Source: a virus (taxonomy: Duplodnaviria; Heunggongvirae; Uroviricota; Caudoviricetes). From it: DNA of 41,069 nucleotides. The notes beneath the pieces are model-generated. The model ran no database searches, was not told where the DNA came from, and saw only the letters and a list, made by a program, of their open reading frames with translations. The stretch lies in IMG/VR virus record IMGVR_UViG_2541047748_000013. One strand, 5' to 3'. Positions 1-8,440 of the stretch are shown here, one piece after another; the first letter of the stretch is position 1, and each line of letters begins with the position of its first letter. A program made the translations under genes and the position numbers.

Positions 1-516
1 ATGAAATTTAAAAAATGTCTTCTGCCTGTGGCAATGTTAGCGTCATTCACTCTGGCAGGATGCCAGTCAAATGCTGATGATCATGCCGCCGATGTTTATC
101 AAACCGATCAACTGAATACCAAACAAGAAACTAAAACCGTTAATATTATTTCCATTCTTCCCGCAAAAGTTGCCGTAGACAACGCCCAAAATAAACGGAA
201 CGCACAAGCCTTCGGCGCGCTTATTGGCGCTGTCGCTGGCGGTGTTATCGGCCACAACGTCGGGTCTGGCAGCAATTCCGGAACGACGGCAGGTGCAGTT
301 GGCGGCGGAGCTGTAGGCGCGGCAGCGGGTTCTATGGTGAATGATAAAACCTTAGTGGAAGGTGTTTCTTTAACATATAAGGAAGGCACCAAAGTGTATA
401 CCTCCACCCAGGTGGGTAAAGAGTGCCAGTTTACGACAGGTTTAGCCGTTGTTATTACCACGACGTATAACGAAACGCGTATTCAGCCAAATACCAAATG
501 TCCTGAAAAGAGCTAA
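1..516 (+). CDS. Glycine-zipper outer-membrane lipoprotein (Pcp/SlyB-like); host flank or Bor-like moron
   Basis: ATG at window position 1; signal peptide with lipobox LAGC; long Gly/Ala-rich glycine-zipper segment (GALIGAVAGGVIGHNVGSG...GAVGGGAVGAAAGS). Confidence 0.6.
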   Translation: MKFKKCLLPVAMLASFTLAGCQSNADDHAADVYQTDQLNTKQETKTVNIISILPAKVAVDNAQNKRNAQAFGALIGAVAGGVIGHNVGSGSNSGTTAGAVGGGAVGAAAGSMVNDKTLVEGVSLTYKEGTKVYTSTQVGKECQFTTGLAVVITTTYNETRIQPNTKCPEKS

Positions 517-531
517 TAATCAGGAGGAGTC

Positions 532-1071
532 ATGAAGAAAGTTTTTCTTTGCGCCATCTTAGCCTCCTTAAGCTATCCGGCTATCGCCTCATCATTGCAG
601 GATCAACTCTCGGCTGTCGCAGAAGCGGAACAGCAAGGTAAAAATGAAGAGCAAAGGCAGCATGACGAATGGGTCGCGGAGCGCAACAGGGAAATCCAGC
701 AAGAGAAGCAACGTCGCGCAAACGCCCAGGCCGCGGCTAATAAAAGAGCGGCAACGGCAGCAGCGAATAAGAAAGCTCGTCAGGATAAACTGGACGCCGA
801 AGCCACTGCGGACAAAAAACGCGATCAAAGTTATGAAGATGAGCTACGTAGCTTAGAGATTCAGAAACAAAAACTGGCGCTGGCGAAAGAAGAAGCCCGC
901 GTCAAGCGCGAAAACGAATTTATCGATCAGGAACTGAAGCACAAAGCTGCGCAAACCGATGTGGTGCAATCTGAAGCTGACGCAAACAGAAATATGACTG
1001 AAGGCGGTCGCGATCTGATGAAAAGCGTGGGTAAAGCAGAAGAGAATAAATCAGATAGCTGGTTTAACTAA
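532..1071 (+). CDS. Secreted charged coiled-coil protein of unknown function
   Basis: RBS AGGAGG about 7 nt upstream of ATG; N-terminal signal peptide (AIASS); K/E/Q/R/A-rich low-complexity body; 16 bp after previous gene. Confidence 0.55.
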   Translation: MKKVFLCAILASLSYPAIASSLQDQLSAVAEAEQQGKNEEQRQHDEWVAERNREIQQEKQRRANAQAAANKRAATAAANKKARQDKLDAEATADKKRDQSYEDELRSLEIQKQKLALAKEEARVKRENEFIDQELKHKAAQTDVVQSEADANRNMTEGGRDLMKSVGKAEENKSDSWFN

Positions 1072-1108
1072 ACGATGTTAGTAACTTCAAACCTATAATT
1101 CTTTAGGA

Positions 1109-1143
1109 TAAAAAAACCCTCTGTAGTAACAGAGGGTTTTGTT
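1109..1143. terminator. Bidirectional intrinsic terminator between the lipoprotein pair and the lysis cassette
   Basis: A-run, stem CCCTCTG/CAGAGGG, T-run (aaaaaaaccctctgtagtaacagagggttttgtt). Confidence 0.6.
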
Positions 1144-1289
1144 CATTCATAGTGCAGGGTCAAATCATTCCCACTCAATTATTTACGATAACCATAACCA
1201 ATTGAGTGATAACATTTTTCCAAATCTCAATTTTTCCCGTACCGTTTTATATACCGTCACCGGAAATCAGTACCATGAAAAATGCCATG

Positions 1290-1772
1290 CTATCTGGTCA
1301 AAGTGTCGTACTGTTTTTCGCAGACTCTTCCGGCTTCGGCTGCCCGGTCAGCATACTCTGCCAGTTGTCTGTTTCTCTCGAGAGATTTGCTGAGCACGTC
1401 GGCAAGCAAAACTCCGGTGTCTGCGGCTGACGACCCAGCGCCGACAATGGCGTTATACTGCCTGAGCTGCTCACGGATGGCAAAGAGTTGTTGCTGCAAC
1501 CGGCCAGCGCTAGCGGCAGCATCAAGAGCATCATTGCGCGCCTGGTCGATCCTCTGCTGAGCTTCACGTTCATTGGTCACTTTCTCCTGTTCGTAGTACT
1601 GACGAACTTTGTCTTCTTCGGCTTTGCGGTCTTCTTCCGCCTGAGCATACCCGGCATCGTACTGGCGACTGCCGTGTATATTCCAGGCAACCACTCCTGA
1701 TATGACCAGAACAGCAAACACTGCCACGATAAGAAACTGTTTCCAGTATGCTTTTACGAATGCCCAGATCAT
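1290..1772 (-). CDS. Rz-like i-spanin
   Basis: N-terminal TM helix, charged coiled-coil periplasmic body, immediately downstream of endolysin with 4-nt overlap; contains an embedded out-of-frame lipoprotein ORF. Confidence 0.7.
   Translation of the reverse strand: MIWAFVKAYWKQFLIVAVFAVLVISGVVAWNIHGSRQYDAGYAQAEEDRKAEEDKVRQYYEQEKVTNEREAQQRIDQARNDALDAAASAGRLQQQLFAIREQLRQYNAIVGAGSSAADTGVLLADVLSKSLERNRQLAEYADRAAEAGRVCEKQYDTLTR
1298..1534 (-). CDS. Rz1-like o-spanin lipoprotein embedded within Rz in another frame
   Basis: Lipobox LALAGC, Pro-rich mature part, fully embedded in the Rz reading frame; start chosen at internal Met pair, start uncertain. Confidence 0.5.
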   Translation of the reverse strand: MMLLMLPLALAGCSNNSLPSVSSSGSITPLSALGRQPQTPEFCLPTCSANLSRETDNWQSMLTGQPKPEESAKNSTTL

Positions 1773-2398
1773 ACCGCCAGCACCTTACTGGCAGTGATGT
1801 ACCGCGCTCGCCGGTCGTCGATGCCGTTCCGGCCACCATTGATAATCAGAGTTACACGTGCAATATCGCCGGTATACTTCATGCATCCTTTGCTGGCGAA
1901 GAACCACGCCGCGCTACGAGCCGCATATCCGTCCTGCGCCAGCAGTTCAGGGCTCTCCAGCAGGTCAACCTTCAGACCGTTTCCGCAATCACGATAGTTA
2001 TTCAAACCGGTAATCTGGATAAGTCCGCGCCCTCGGTAATTCCAGCCATCACCAGGGGCATTGTTCCCCATGCGTTTGCTGTATACCAGATTTGCGATCG
2101 CGCGCTGGCGCTCAAGTGGCAATGGTGGTTCACCAGCACGGCGCCCCAGTGCATTAGCCTGCCCCTGAGTGAGACGCCCAGCCCGAACGAAGTTAGCCAG
2201 TCCGCTGACACTGTAGTTGAAATTCTCCTGCAACCTGGTGAAGCCCCCAGACTCATGCCCGACTTGAGCAATAAACATTGCCTGATCTTCTGCTTTGCTG
2301 ATACCAAACTCTTTCATCGCAGAAGTTATATGCGAGAACCAGCGTGCGGCCAGTGCCTCGCTGATACCAGCAGCTCGCTGGAATTGTTTAATCTCCAT
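1769..2398 (-). CDS. Endolysin, glycoside hydrolase family 19 (chitinase-like lysozyme)
   Basis: Motifs QVGHESGGF and [12 protein letters not shown] typical of GH19; start placed at ATG (MEIKQ) with GAGG RBS 8 nt upstream rather than the longer listed ORF. Confidence 0.85.
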   Translation of the reverse strand: MEIKQFQRAAGISEALAARWFSHITSAMKEFGISKAEDQAMFIAQVGHESGGFTRLQENFNYSVSGLANFVRAGRLTQGQANALGRRAGEPPLPLERQRAIANLVYSKRMGNNAPGDGWNYRGRGLIQITGLNNYRDCGNGLKVDLLESPELLAQDGYAARSAAWFFASKGCMKYTGDIARVTLIINGGRNGIDDRRARYITASKVLAV

Positions 2399-2696
2399 GT
2401 TTAGACCTCGATACTTTAAAAATTTGAACGACGTTACCGCGCGTTTTAATAACCGCAGCCAGCATGACAGCGTTGATAATGACCTCAGATAAATCCACAG
2501 CCATTGGCGTACGTAACCAGATTGCATAGGCGACTCGAACAGGAATACTGGCCGCAGCAACAATCAGGAAATAAGCAAGCCATCCTCCCCACCTTCGATG
2601 TTGAGAGCCGTTACGCCGGAATGTGACAACGCGAATTGCTATGCCAGTGCAAATAACTGCATTGGTGATAAGCAAAAAAAACTCATGCGTTACCAT
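2388..2696 (-). CDS. Lysis-cassette membrane protein (holin/antiholin-like)
   Basis: 102 aa with 2-3 predicted hydrophobic helices, positioned between putative holin and endolysin. Confidence 0.45.
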   Translation of the reverse strand: MVTHEFFLLITNAVICTGIAIRVVTFRRNGSQHRRWGGWLAYFLIVAAASIPVRVAYAIWLRTPMAVDLSEVIINAVMLAAVIKTRGNVVQIFKVSRSKHGD

Positions 2697-3087
2697 CGTC
2701 TTTTCTCCCCGGAATTAACTCGCGTGGATTATCGGAACGGTGATAGAGCCATATACCAATACGCACAGCGACAATTGCTGACACGAATGCGCCTGCAGAG
2801 AAAACAATCCCTTTTTCAAAAGAGTCCTGCGTGATGGTAGGGATCAGGCTGGCTATGCCGATAAGAATTGATGCTGCTGGTTTGTAAAAGAGAAGGCCGC
2901 AAAGAAAGCTGAGCATCGACAGGAGCACCCGGCGACGGATGGGGTACTCTACTGCAGAGGTAACAAAAATTACCGCCCCAGCCAAAGCCCCTAAAGCAAC
3001 CTCCGGAGGGACACCTGCAATAACCGCAGCAAGAGAACCAAAACTAAGCAACTGATTTAATTGCTCACTTGTTACTTGAGCAGACAT
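2683..3087 (-). CDS. Putative holin
   Basis: 134 aa, several hydrophobic helices, charged C-terminus, first gene of the lysis cassette. Confidence 0.5.
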   Translation of the reverse strand: MSAQVTSEQLNQLLSFGSLAAVIAGVPPEVALGALAGAVIFVTSAVEYPIRRRVLLSMLSFLCGLLFYKPAASILIGIASLIPTITQDSFEKGIVFSAGAFVSAIVAVRIGIWLYHRSDNPRELIPGRKDDGNA

Positions 3088-3368
3088 ACTTTCTCCTGTT
3101 TACTATCTATAAGCCAGTCAATTATTGATGACTAACCCCGCATAGTAAACCATATATGAATCATTATTGTTCCATATCATATATCTCAATAAAAGTACTA
3201 ATGATTTTACAGAACGAGCCAGCAGAGTGGGGGCAGTTGTACAGGAACCATAGACTTAATTTTGTATTTAATAATGCTATGGTGTAATAAACCTGAACAT
3301 GTATTTAAAATACGTACTGATTCATGATAGAATTCAAAGATAACTTTTCACAAACTCCGTTTTTGATA

Positions 3369-3395
3369 CCCGCAAAATATTGCGGGCTTTTTTTT
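3369..3395 (+). terminator. Hairpin plus T8 run in plus orientation abutting the tailspike stop
   Basis: cccgcaaaatattgcggg followed by ctttttttt; no U-run in the minus orientation. Confidence 0.35.
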
Positions 3396-6300
3396 AACGT
3401 TCTTCCAGAGACTGAATCCGCTCTTTTATCTTATCCATTTCTCTGCGCTGCCATGCTGCCTCGATATAGAATAAGAGATCAGGTCTGACCCCCCATCTAG
3501 ATCCTGCTGGCGTTATTTCAACGCGCTCAATGATGTCTTCCATTACCATCACTGGATTATCATCCTCATCAACAATGATGCTCCCGTCATTATCAGTCAG
3601 CGGCATTTCCCTTTGGCCAGTAATGACGTCATCATATACTGCGGGATAATCGTCATAGCAAAGAAAGGCATAGCGGCATGTTGTGCTTTCTTCTTCCATG
3701 AGTCCGTGAGAAATAAGAACATCACGAAGTTGCTGCGCGATTACACCATGATGTATCCTCGCCCCTTCTTCCCCCTTTATAGCGACAGCGTTCAGCCATT
3801 TATAAGCGATATACCTGACGTCACCCCAGGCATCCAGCAATGCTTCGTCAGGAGAGACCGGCTCTGTCTTTAATGTTCCGTCACTGGTAACCACAGGATT
3901 GGAGCCAAGATAAACTGTCGAGAACCTGTTTCCCGGACCACCAAGAGCATTTACATTATCAAGATAAGGTTTAACATCTCCGTTCTCAAAAAGATGTTCG
4001 AGTGCGTTATATACCGCGCGACGTGGAGTACTGCTTCCGGAACCATGCAACGTTATCATTGCACCATCTGCTGAAGACGTTGTTTCACCGCCGCTAACGA
4101 TTAATCTCTGAGCGGTAACATCATCAGACGGTACTTTCTTCGCAATAATGGCGTAATTACCCTCAAGTTTGACTTCCGCGCGAACTTGTCCTGATGTACC
4201 TGCATGGACAGTCAGTGACTGGACGGCAACATCATCTGTGAAATCAACGGGTACAGGAACCGTCCTCACGCCTGACGTCGACATAAAAGTAGGAAGCGTT
4301 CTGTTAGGAGTGGCTCCGTAGACAAAATCCCTTGAAACAAATTCTTCCTGTTTAATTTTCACCCTGAAACAATACAAATCAGCCGGGTGACCATCGTGAA
4401 CATAAGGATATTTTCTGTTGTTATCCCCTATGCTCCATGGGTTTAGAAAGTCTTCCCCACCGAAAATGTAGTACAGCCAGTTGTCTTTGATACAAACTGA
4501 ACCAACACCAACCGCAGAGTTAACTATTCCGCCCTGATAAATCTGATCAGTAACATTAACCCACTCTACATTATCCAGACTCCACTCATTGACGTTAACT
4601 CTGGTCATAAATGTTCTTGGATAATTTCCTGCATAACGGTTATCAGGTTCTCCTCCTTCCCACTCACCAAATGCGCGCTCACTGCCAAAAATAATCAGCT
4701 CATCGCCAACTTTGGCAAAAGGAAGGTTTGAGTGATGAACATTATTTGGGAAGCGAAGAGAATTCCATGATGTACCTAAATCAGAGCTTCTGTGCAATGA
4801 ACTACCGGGTTGAGTACTTAATGTCCCCCTGGTCGTCAGATACAGAATGCCATCATAATATTTTACACATGGCTCAGATGCATTCGCCTCATATTCTACA
4901 GGTATGCGTCTGCGAACAAAGCTACCAGGAGAACCGAAAGCATCAGAGAAATAGAGTATCCCAAGCTCGCGTGGACCAATATCACCATTATGGTAGCCAA
5001 CAGCAAAACTGTTATCGCTAATCGTCGCAAAACTGTGAATCTCAGTAACAGGAGTGCTTCCGTCAACAAAAGAAGGAATAGTTCCAAGACTGGTTTTTCT
5101 CCATGGTGACGAGTGAAATGATGTACCAAAACTCCAGTATCTACCCTCGTTATTCTGATCCACATCCTGGGTATTTTGCGTCGTAACTGTAAAAGTATTT
5201 TTATCAATAACAGTAGTCACCGTCATATTCCCGGTAACACCTGTAACACCAGAGTTTGAGAAGTTGACAAAATCACCAGCAAATAATCCGTGATCAGTAA
5301 TGCGAATATAAGCGACTTGCTGATTTGCTGCTTTCGTTATACCACCATAAACGCGAAGGCTGCGACTCATTGGGCGATCCCACAACTCTGCAACCTGCAG
5401 TTTATTTCCGCTCACGGTCCGCGTCTCAATTACAGCAAAAAGGCGATTTCTGACAACCCCCATACTCATGCAGTGATAGTTAACTGTGGGATAGTTTTCA
5501 TGTAAATCTGTAAGCCATTCCGGCGTTGTCCAGGTCTTCCCGTCATCTCCTGAGCGAACCCATGCAACATGGAGGTTATTTACACCATGGCGGTCTCCAG
5601 CCATAAAAGGCGCATAGATGACATTGTCATATACAAACGTTTTATCCTGCGTCCAGGCGTTGTACCACGGTGTATCTGTAATTTTAAATAACTCTCCCTG
5701 GATAAAATCTTCAGAAGCATAAAAAAGAGGCTGGCCCGGTATTCTCTCAAATAAAAAACGAGCATTTTTAAATCGACTGACATCCGGAAGAGTTGATACT
5801 TTAAAAGTAAGCCCTAATCCGTCAATTTTATAACCTGGAGATGAGGCTTCAAGGCACGCGCTTATTGCAGTGGAATCGTCATTTATACCATCACCAACAG
5901 CTCCAAAATCTTTGGGGCTAATAGCATCACGCATTTTATCCTGGAACGTTCGGTACACAGCCCCAGAACCATACTGAATAAACCAACCAAAACCACCAAC
6001 AACCCCGGCGATTGCAGCATCGACATAATTACGCATTGAGCGATTATTTACAGCGTCCTGCTCAAATGATGGATCTGCAAGGTTAGAAATTTTGTTTTGC
6101 TTTGCATCGTAATATTTTGCAAGCAAAGATGGTTTCATCAATGCACGTCTGAACCACCCAAAACATTGCTGGATCAGCATCGTCAGGTAGTCAAAGGCAT
6201 CTTCATGCACTTCGGGGAAAAATTTTCCCTGATTGCGAAGGTCTGTCTCCTGCACTACATCAAGCACACGATCTATCGTAATTCGCCATCCAGTAGCAAG

Positions 6301-6513
6301 CGGAGACGGAAGAACCACAGAACCGCCACTATAAGTGCCCGCCCCAGTTACCGTATAACCGGTATCCAGAACCAATTCTGTTACGTTCCCGTTCAGGTCA
6401 GACACCTGAACAACCAGGTCTGATTTTCTGAAAATTCGAAAAGTATACGGAAACGATGTCGTAACGCCGTTACCGGTGTATTCGTTGTGGTCAACTTCGG
6501 TTGAGACCGTCAT
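3394..6513 (-). CDS. Tailspike/tail fiber: T7 gp17-like N-terminal adaptor, sialidase-like Asp-box beta-propeller, C-terminal S74-type intramolecular chaperone
   Basis: N-terminus resembles podovirus tail-fiber anchoring domain; Asp-boxes SGDDGKTW and SSDLGTSW; DFGAVGDGINDD motif; C-terminal SDGTLKT...HGVIAQQL region resembles autoproteolytic chaperone domain. Confidence 0.8.
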   Translation of the reverse strand: MTVSTEVDHNEYTGNGVTTSFPYTFRIFRKSDLVVQVSDLNGNVTELVLDTGYTVTGAGTYSGGSVVLPSPLATGWRITIDRVLDVVQETDLRNQGKFFPEVHEDAFDYLTMLIQQCFGWFRRALMKPSLLAKYYDAKQNKISNLADPSFEQDAVNNRSMRNYVDAAIAGVVGGFGWFIQYGSGAVYRTFQDKMRDAISPKDFGAVGDGINDDSTAISACLEASSPGYKIDGLGLTFKVSTLPDVSRFKNARFLFERIPGQPLFYASEDFIQGELFKITDTPWYNAWTQDKTFVYDNVIYAPFMAGDRHGVNNLHVAWVRSGDDGKTWTTPEWLTDLHENYPTVNYHCMSMGVVRNRLFAVIETRTVSGNKLQVAELWDRPMSRSLRVYGGITKAANQQVAYIRITDHGLFAGDFVNFSNSGVTGVTGNMTVTTVIDKNTFTVTTQNTQDVDQNNEGRYWSFGTSFHSSPWRKTSLGTIPSFVDGSTPVTEIHSFATISDNSFAVGYHNGDIGPRELGILYFSDAFGSPGSFVRRRIPVEYEANASEPCVKYYDGILYLTTRGTLSTQPGSSLHRSSDLGTSWNSLRFPNNVHHSNLPFAKVGDELIIFGSERAFGEWEGGEPDNRYAGNYPRTFMTRVNVNEWSLDNVEWVNVTDQIYQGGIVNSAVGVGSVCIKDNWLYYIFGGEDFLNPWSIGDNNRKYPYVHDGHPADLYCFRVKIKQEEFVSRDFVYGATPNRTLPTFMSTSGVRTVPVPVDFTDDVAVQSLTVHAGTSGQVRAEVKLEGNYAIIAKKVPSDDVTAQRLIVSGGETTSSADGAMITLHGSGSSTPRRAVYNALEHLFENGDVKPYLDNVNALGGPGNRFSTVYLGSNPVVTSDGTLKTEPVSPDEALLDAWGDVRYIAYKWLNAVAIKGEEGARIHHGVIAQQLRDVLISHGLMEEESTTCRYAFLCYDDYPAVYDDVITGQREMPLTDNDGSIIVDEDDNPVMVMEDIIERVEITPAGSRWGVRPDLLFYIEAAWQRREMDKIKERIQSLEER

Positions 6514-6617
6514 GTTAAATCTCCAGATAGTCGCAGCACCCGTTGCGCCGCATATCTGGTTATTCTATTACCTGAAAAACCACATATGGATAGAAAGACT
6601 GTAAATACGAATAGATA

Positions 6618-6632
6618 TTACCTTTCAGGTAA
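6618..6632. promoter_or_regulatory. TTACC-N5-GGTAA dyad (putative phage repressor operator) upstream of the antirepressor island
   Basis: Perfect dyad TTACCTTTCAGGTAA; identical copy at 25793-25807. Confidence 0.5.
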
Positions 6633-6671
6633 TTTGCAAAACGTGCTGGATAGCAAACAAATTATTTGCTA

Positions 6672-6687
6672 CTGTATAAATATACAG
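6672..6687. promoter_or_regulatory. LexA (SOS) box
   Basis: CTGTATAAATATACAG matches CTGT-N8-ACAG with AT-rich spacer; overlaps a TATAAAT -10-like element 22 nt upstream of the 6709 start codon. Confidence 0.7.
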
Positions 6688-6708
6688 TTATTGCATGGAG
6701 AAGATAAG

Positions 6709-6966
6709 ATGCAGCAGTATCACTATCCACTGGAAGACGGATTTACCGAAAGGATTCACACGCCGGGAGGCGTCAGGTCACTGGTGGAGGGATCGCACTT
6801 GATGAAATTACTCCGGGATCTCGATAAGGATGGATTTAATGTCGATGGCCCACTTGCCGAACTGACTGCACTGATTAACTACGTCACCAGCTCACAGATG
6901 TCTATGCAGGATCTGCAAACACATCTCGACTATTGTGCCGAACAATTACGAAAACAAACCAGATAA
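6709..6966 (+). CDS. Small protein homologous to the C-terminal domain of the downstream antirepressor
   Basis: 86 aa; GGAG RBS 8 nt upstream; aligns by eye with the Ant C-terminus (LMKLLRDLDKDGFNVDGPLAELT / LMNLLNQLQEDGHDVSGAAAELT; QDLQTHLDY / RDIQTHAEY). Confidence 0.6.
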   Translation: MQQYHYPLEDGFTERIHTPGGVRSLVEGSHLMKLLRDLDKDGFNVDGPLAELTALINYVTSSQMSMQDLQTHLDYCAEQLRKQTR

Positions 6967-6997
6967 GATTTGAAATTACCAATAGGAGTGCTTATAT

Positions 6998-7012
6998 TTA
7001 CCTTTGCGGTAA
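6998..7012. promoter_or_regulatory. TTACC-N5-GGTAA dyad inside a larger hairpin between the ant-like gene and ant
   Basis: TTACCTTTGCGGTAA flanked by inverted repeat AGGAGTGC...GCACTCCT. Confidence 0.45.
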
Positions 7013-7103
7013 ATTTACATCGCACTCCTCTTGTGCCATAGTAATCGGGCACTGGCAAAATCCAGTGCCGGGATTGGCGTCCCGGGTTACTAAGTGGCGC
7101 ATA

Positions 7104-7125
7104 CCACGCCAGACGTGGTTTTTTT
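7104..7125 (+). terminator. Intrinsic terminator upstream of ant
   Basis: CCACG ccaga CGTGG followed by T7 run. Confidence 0.55.
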
Positions 7126-7281
7126 ATGCGTTAAGCACAGCTATATCCGAATTATGGTGGGCTGGGCAGGGGTCCGAAAGGACGCCGGTACCACTTAGGC
7201 CGGTACGCCAACCTTGTCCAGTTCACCACCAGTAATTGGCGTTGCGGTGGTGATTAAAATCACTAAGTGGAGATAACCACC

Positions 7282-7992
7282 ATGGCTAATGCTCAAACTG
7301 CCATCTTCAAATTTGAATCTGTTAACCCTATCCGTTCCATCATTATCGATGGCCAACCATGGTTTGTAGCCCAAGACGTTTGTAGTGCGCTGCGTATCCA
7401 AAACGTCACCCAAGCACTTGAAAAACTGGATGATGATGAAAGGTCTATGTTCAACATAGGGCATGAACATCGTGCAATTTTTGACAGCCGAGTAAAAGAG
7501 ATCAACATTATCTCCGAGTCAGGCCTCTACACACTGATCCTCCGCTGCCGCGACGCAGTGACACCAGGCACTATCCCCTACCGCTTTCGTAAATGGGTTA
7601 CAGGTGAGGTTCTTCCTCAGATCCGCCGCACCGGAAGCTACATTAAAAACTCGCTCCCGCAGGAAGAACGCATAAAGATGGTTGCCGACCAGGTAGCCAA
7701 CGCCACAGCATCAGCAGTAATGCAGGCGATGAAGATAGAGAACAAAACCTACAGCGCCCCGCTGAAGCCCGGCTACCGCAGTTTGATTCACTCGCCGTCG
7801 GGTGTTCTCGGCCTGACGGAGAACTCACTGCTGATGAATTTGCTGAACCAGTTACAGGAAGACGGGCATGACGTATCGGGCGCGGCGGCGGAGCTGACCA
7901 CCATGTTCTGCTACATCGTCGGTGTGAGCAAATGCCTGCGTGATATCCAGACCCACGCGGAGTACATCAACGACAAGGCAGGGTTCTTCTGA
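7282..7992 (+). CDS. ant: Antirepressor, Bro-N/KilA-N N-terminal domain with Ant-type C-terminal domain
   Basis: Bro-N-like N-terminus (FVAQDVCSAL...SGLYTLILRCRD); GGAG RBS 9 nt upstream of ATG at 7282. Confidence 0.8.
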   Translation: MANAQTAIFKFESVNPIRSIIIDGQPWFVAQDVCSALRIQNVTQALEKLDDDERSMFNIGHEHRAIFDSRVKEINIISESGLYTLILRCRDAVTPGTIPYRFRKWVTGEVLPQIRRTGSYIKNSLPQEERIKMVADQVANATASAVMQAMKIENKTYSAPLKPGYRSLIHSPSGVLGLTENSLLMNLLNQLQEDGHDVSGAAAELTTMFCYIVGVSKCLRDIQTHAEYINDKAGFF

Positions 7993-8077
7993 CGAGCGGC
8001 GGCACATGGATGTGCCTACAATTATCAATAATTGTTTACACTCGTTGCAGTTAAAAGCATTATACTCATGTTTAAAA

Positions 8078-8092
8078 TTACCCGATTGGTAA
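8078..8092. promoter_or_regulatory. TTACC-N5-GGTAA dyad overlapping the promoter region of the moron operon
   Basis: TTACCCGATTGGTAA 22 nt upstream of the 8114 start; TAAAAT -10-like hexamer abuts it. Confidence 0.45.
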
Positions 8093-8113
8093 AGTCGATT
8101 GGTTGAGGTTCAT

Positions 8114-8440
8114 ATGAGCAGAAGATATGTCAAGGAGCTGGCTATAGAGTCTGGCACCCCTTTGGGTATCGTTCCTGGCTCCAACTATGCCAAGGCTTTA
8201 AACCGAGACTCTGTCGTCAAAGTTATATCAAGAGACATGAATATGGTCGGAGACGATCTCAGACGGTCAGAAAATCGTGTTTATGCTGAATATATAGTAA
8301 AGAACGGAAAAAAAATTGCAGCGCCTGCTGGCGGAAAATGGGCAATAGTGACAGGGAAAAACTCAAATGCAAGAGGAAAACCAGAAGCTAAAGGAATGTC
8401 CTTCGACAAATATGCAAAAATCTATTGGGCAACCAAGTGA
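8114..8440 (+). CDS. Hypothetical protein (moron operon gene 1)
   Basis: ATG with GAGG RBS 5-6 nt upstream; 109 aa basic protein, no family recognised. Confidence 0.45.
   Translation: MSRRYVKELAIESGTPLGIVPGSNYAKALNRDSVVKVISRDMNMVGDDLRRSENRVYAEYIVKNGKKIAAPAGGKWAIVTGKNSNARGKPEAKGMSFDKYAKIYWATK

Noticed and set aside
108-461. Minus-strand ORF (117 aa) antisense to the lipoprotein gene
   Set aside because: Fully embedded antisense in a Gly/Ala-rich gene; Pro/Ala-rich translation typical of a shadow ORF; no RBS.
1748-2404. Plus-strand ORF (218 aa) across the endolysin locus
   Set aside because: Antisense to a well-supported GH19 endolysin; no start context.
1769-2563. Longer 264-aa version of the endolysin ORF
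   Set aside because: The N-terminal extension overlaps the upstream membrane-protein gene and lacks an RBS; the internal ATG at 2398 has a GAGG RBS and gives a typical GH19 length.
3156-3299. 47-codon plus-strand ORF in the tailspike-holin spacer
   Set aside because: No RBS, AT-rich low-information sequence; retained only as part of the unexplained spacer finding.
6586-6708. N-terminal extension of the ant-like ORF (listed as 6586-6966)
   Set aside because: The extension is translated across the operator dyad and LexA box; the internal ATG at 6709 has a GGAG RBS and the homology to Ant begins after it.
6933-7235. Plus-strand ORF (100 aa) in the ant upstream region
   Set aside because: Runs through hairpins and a terminator; composition looks non-coding; region interpreted as structured regulatory DNA/RNA.
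7195-7470. Minus-strand ORFs antisense to the ant 5' end (also 7293-7508)
   Set aside because: Antisense to a well-supported Bro-N gene; no RBS. An antisense small RNA remains possible and is noted under findings.
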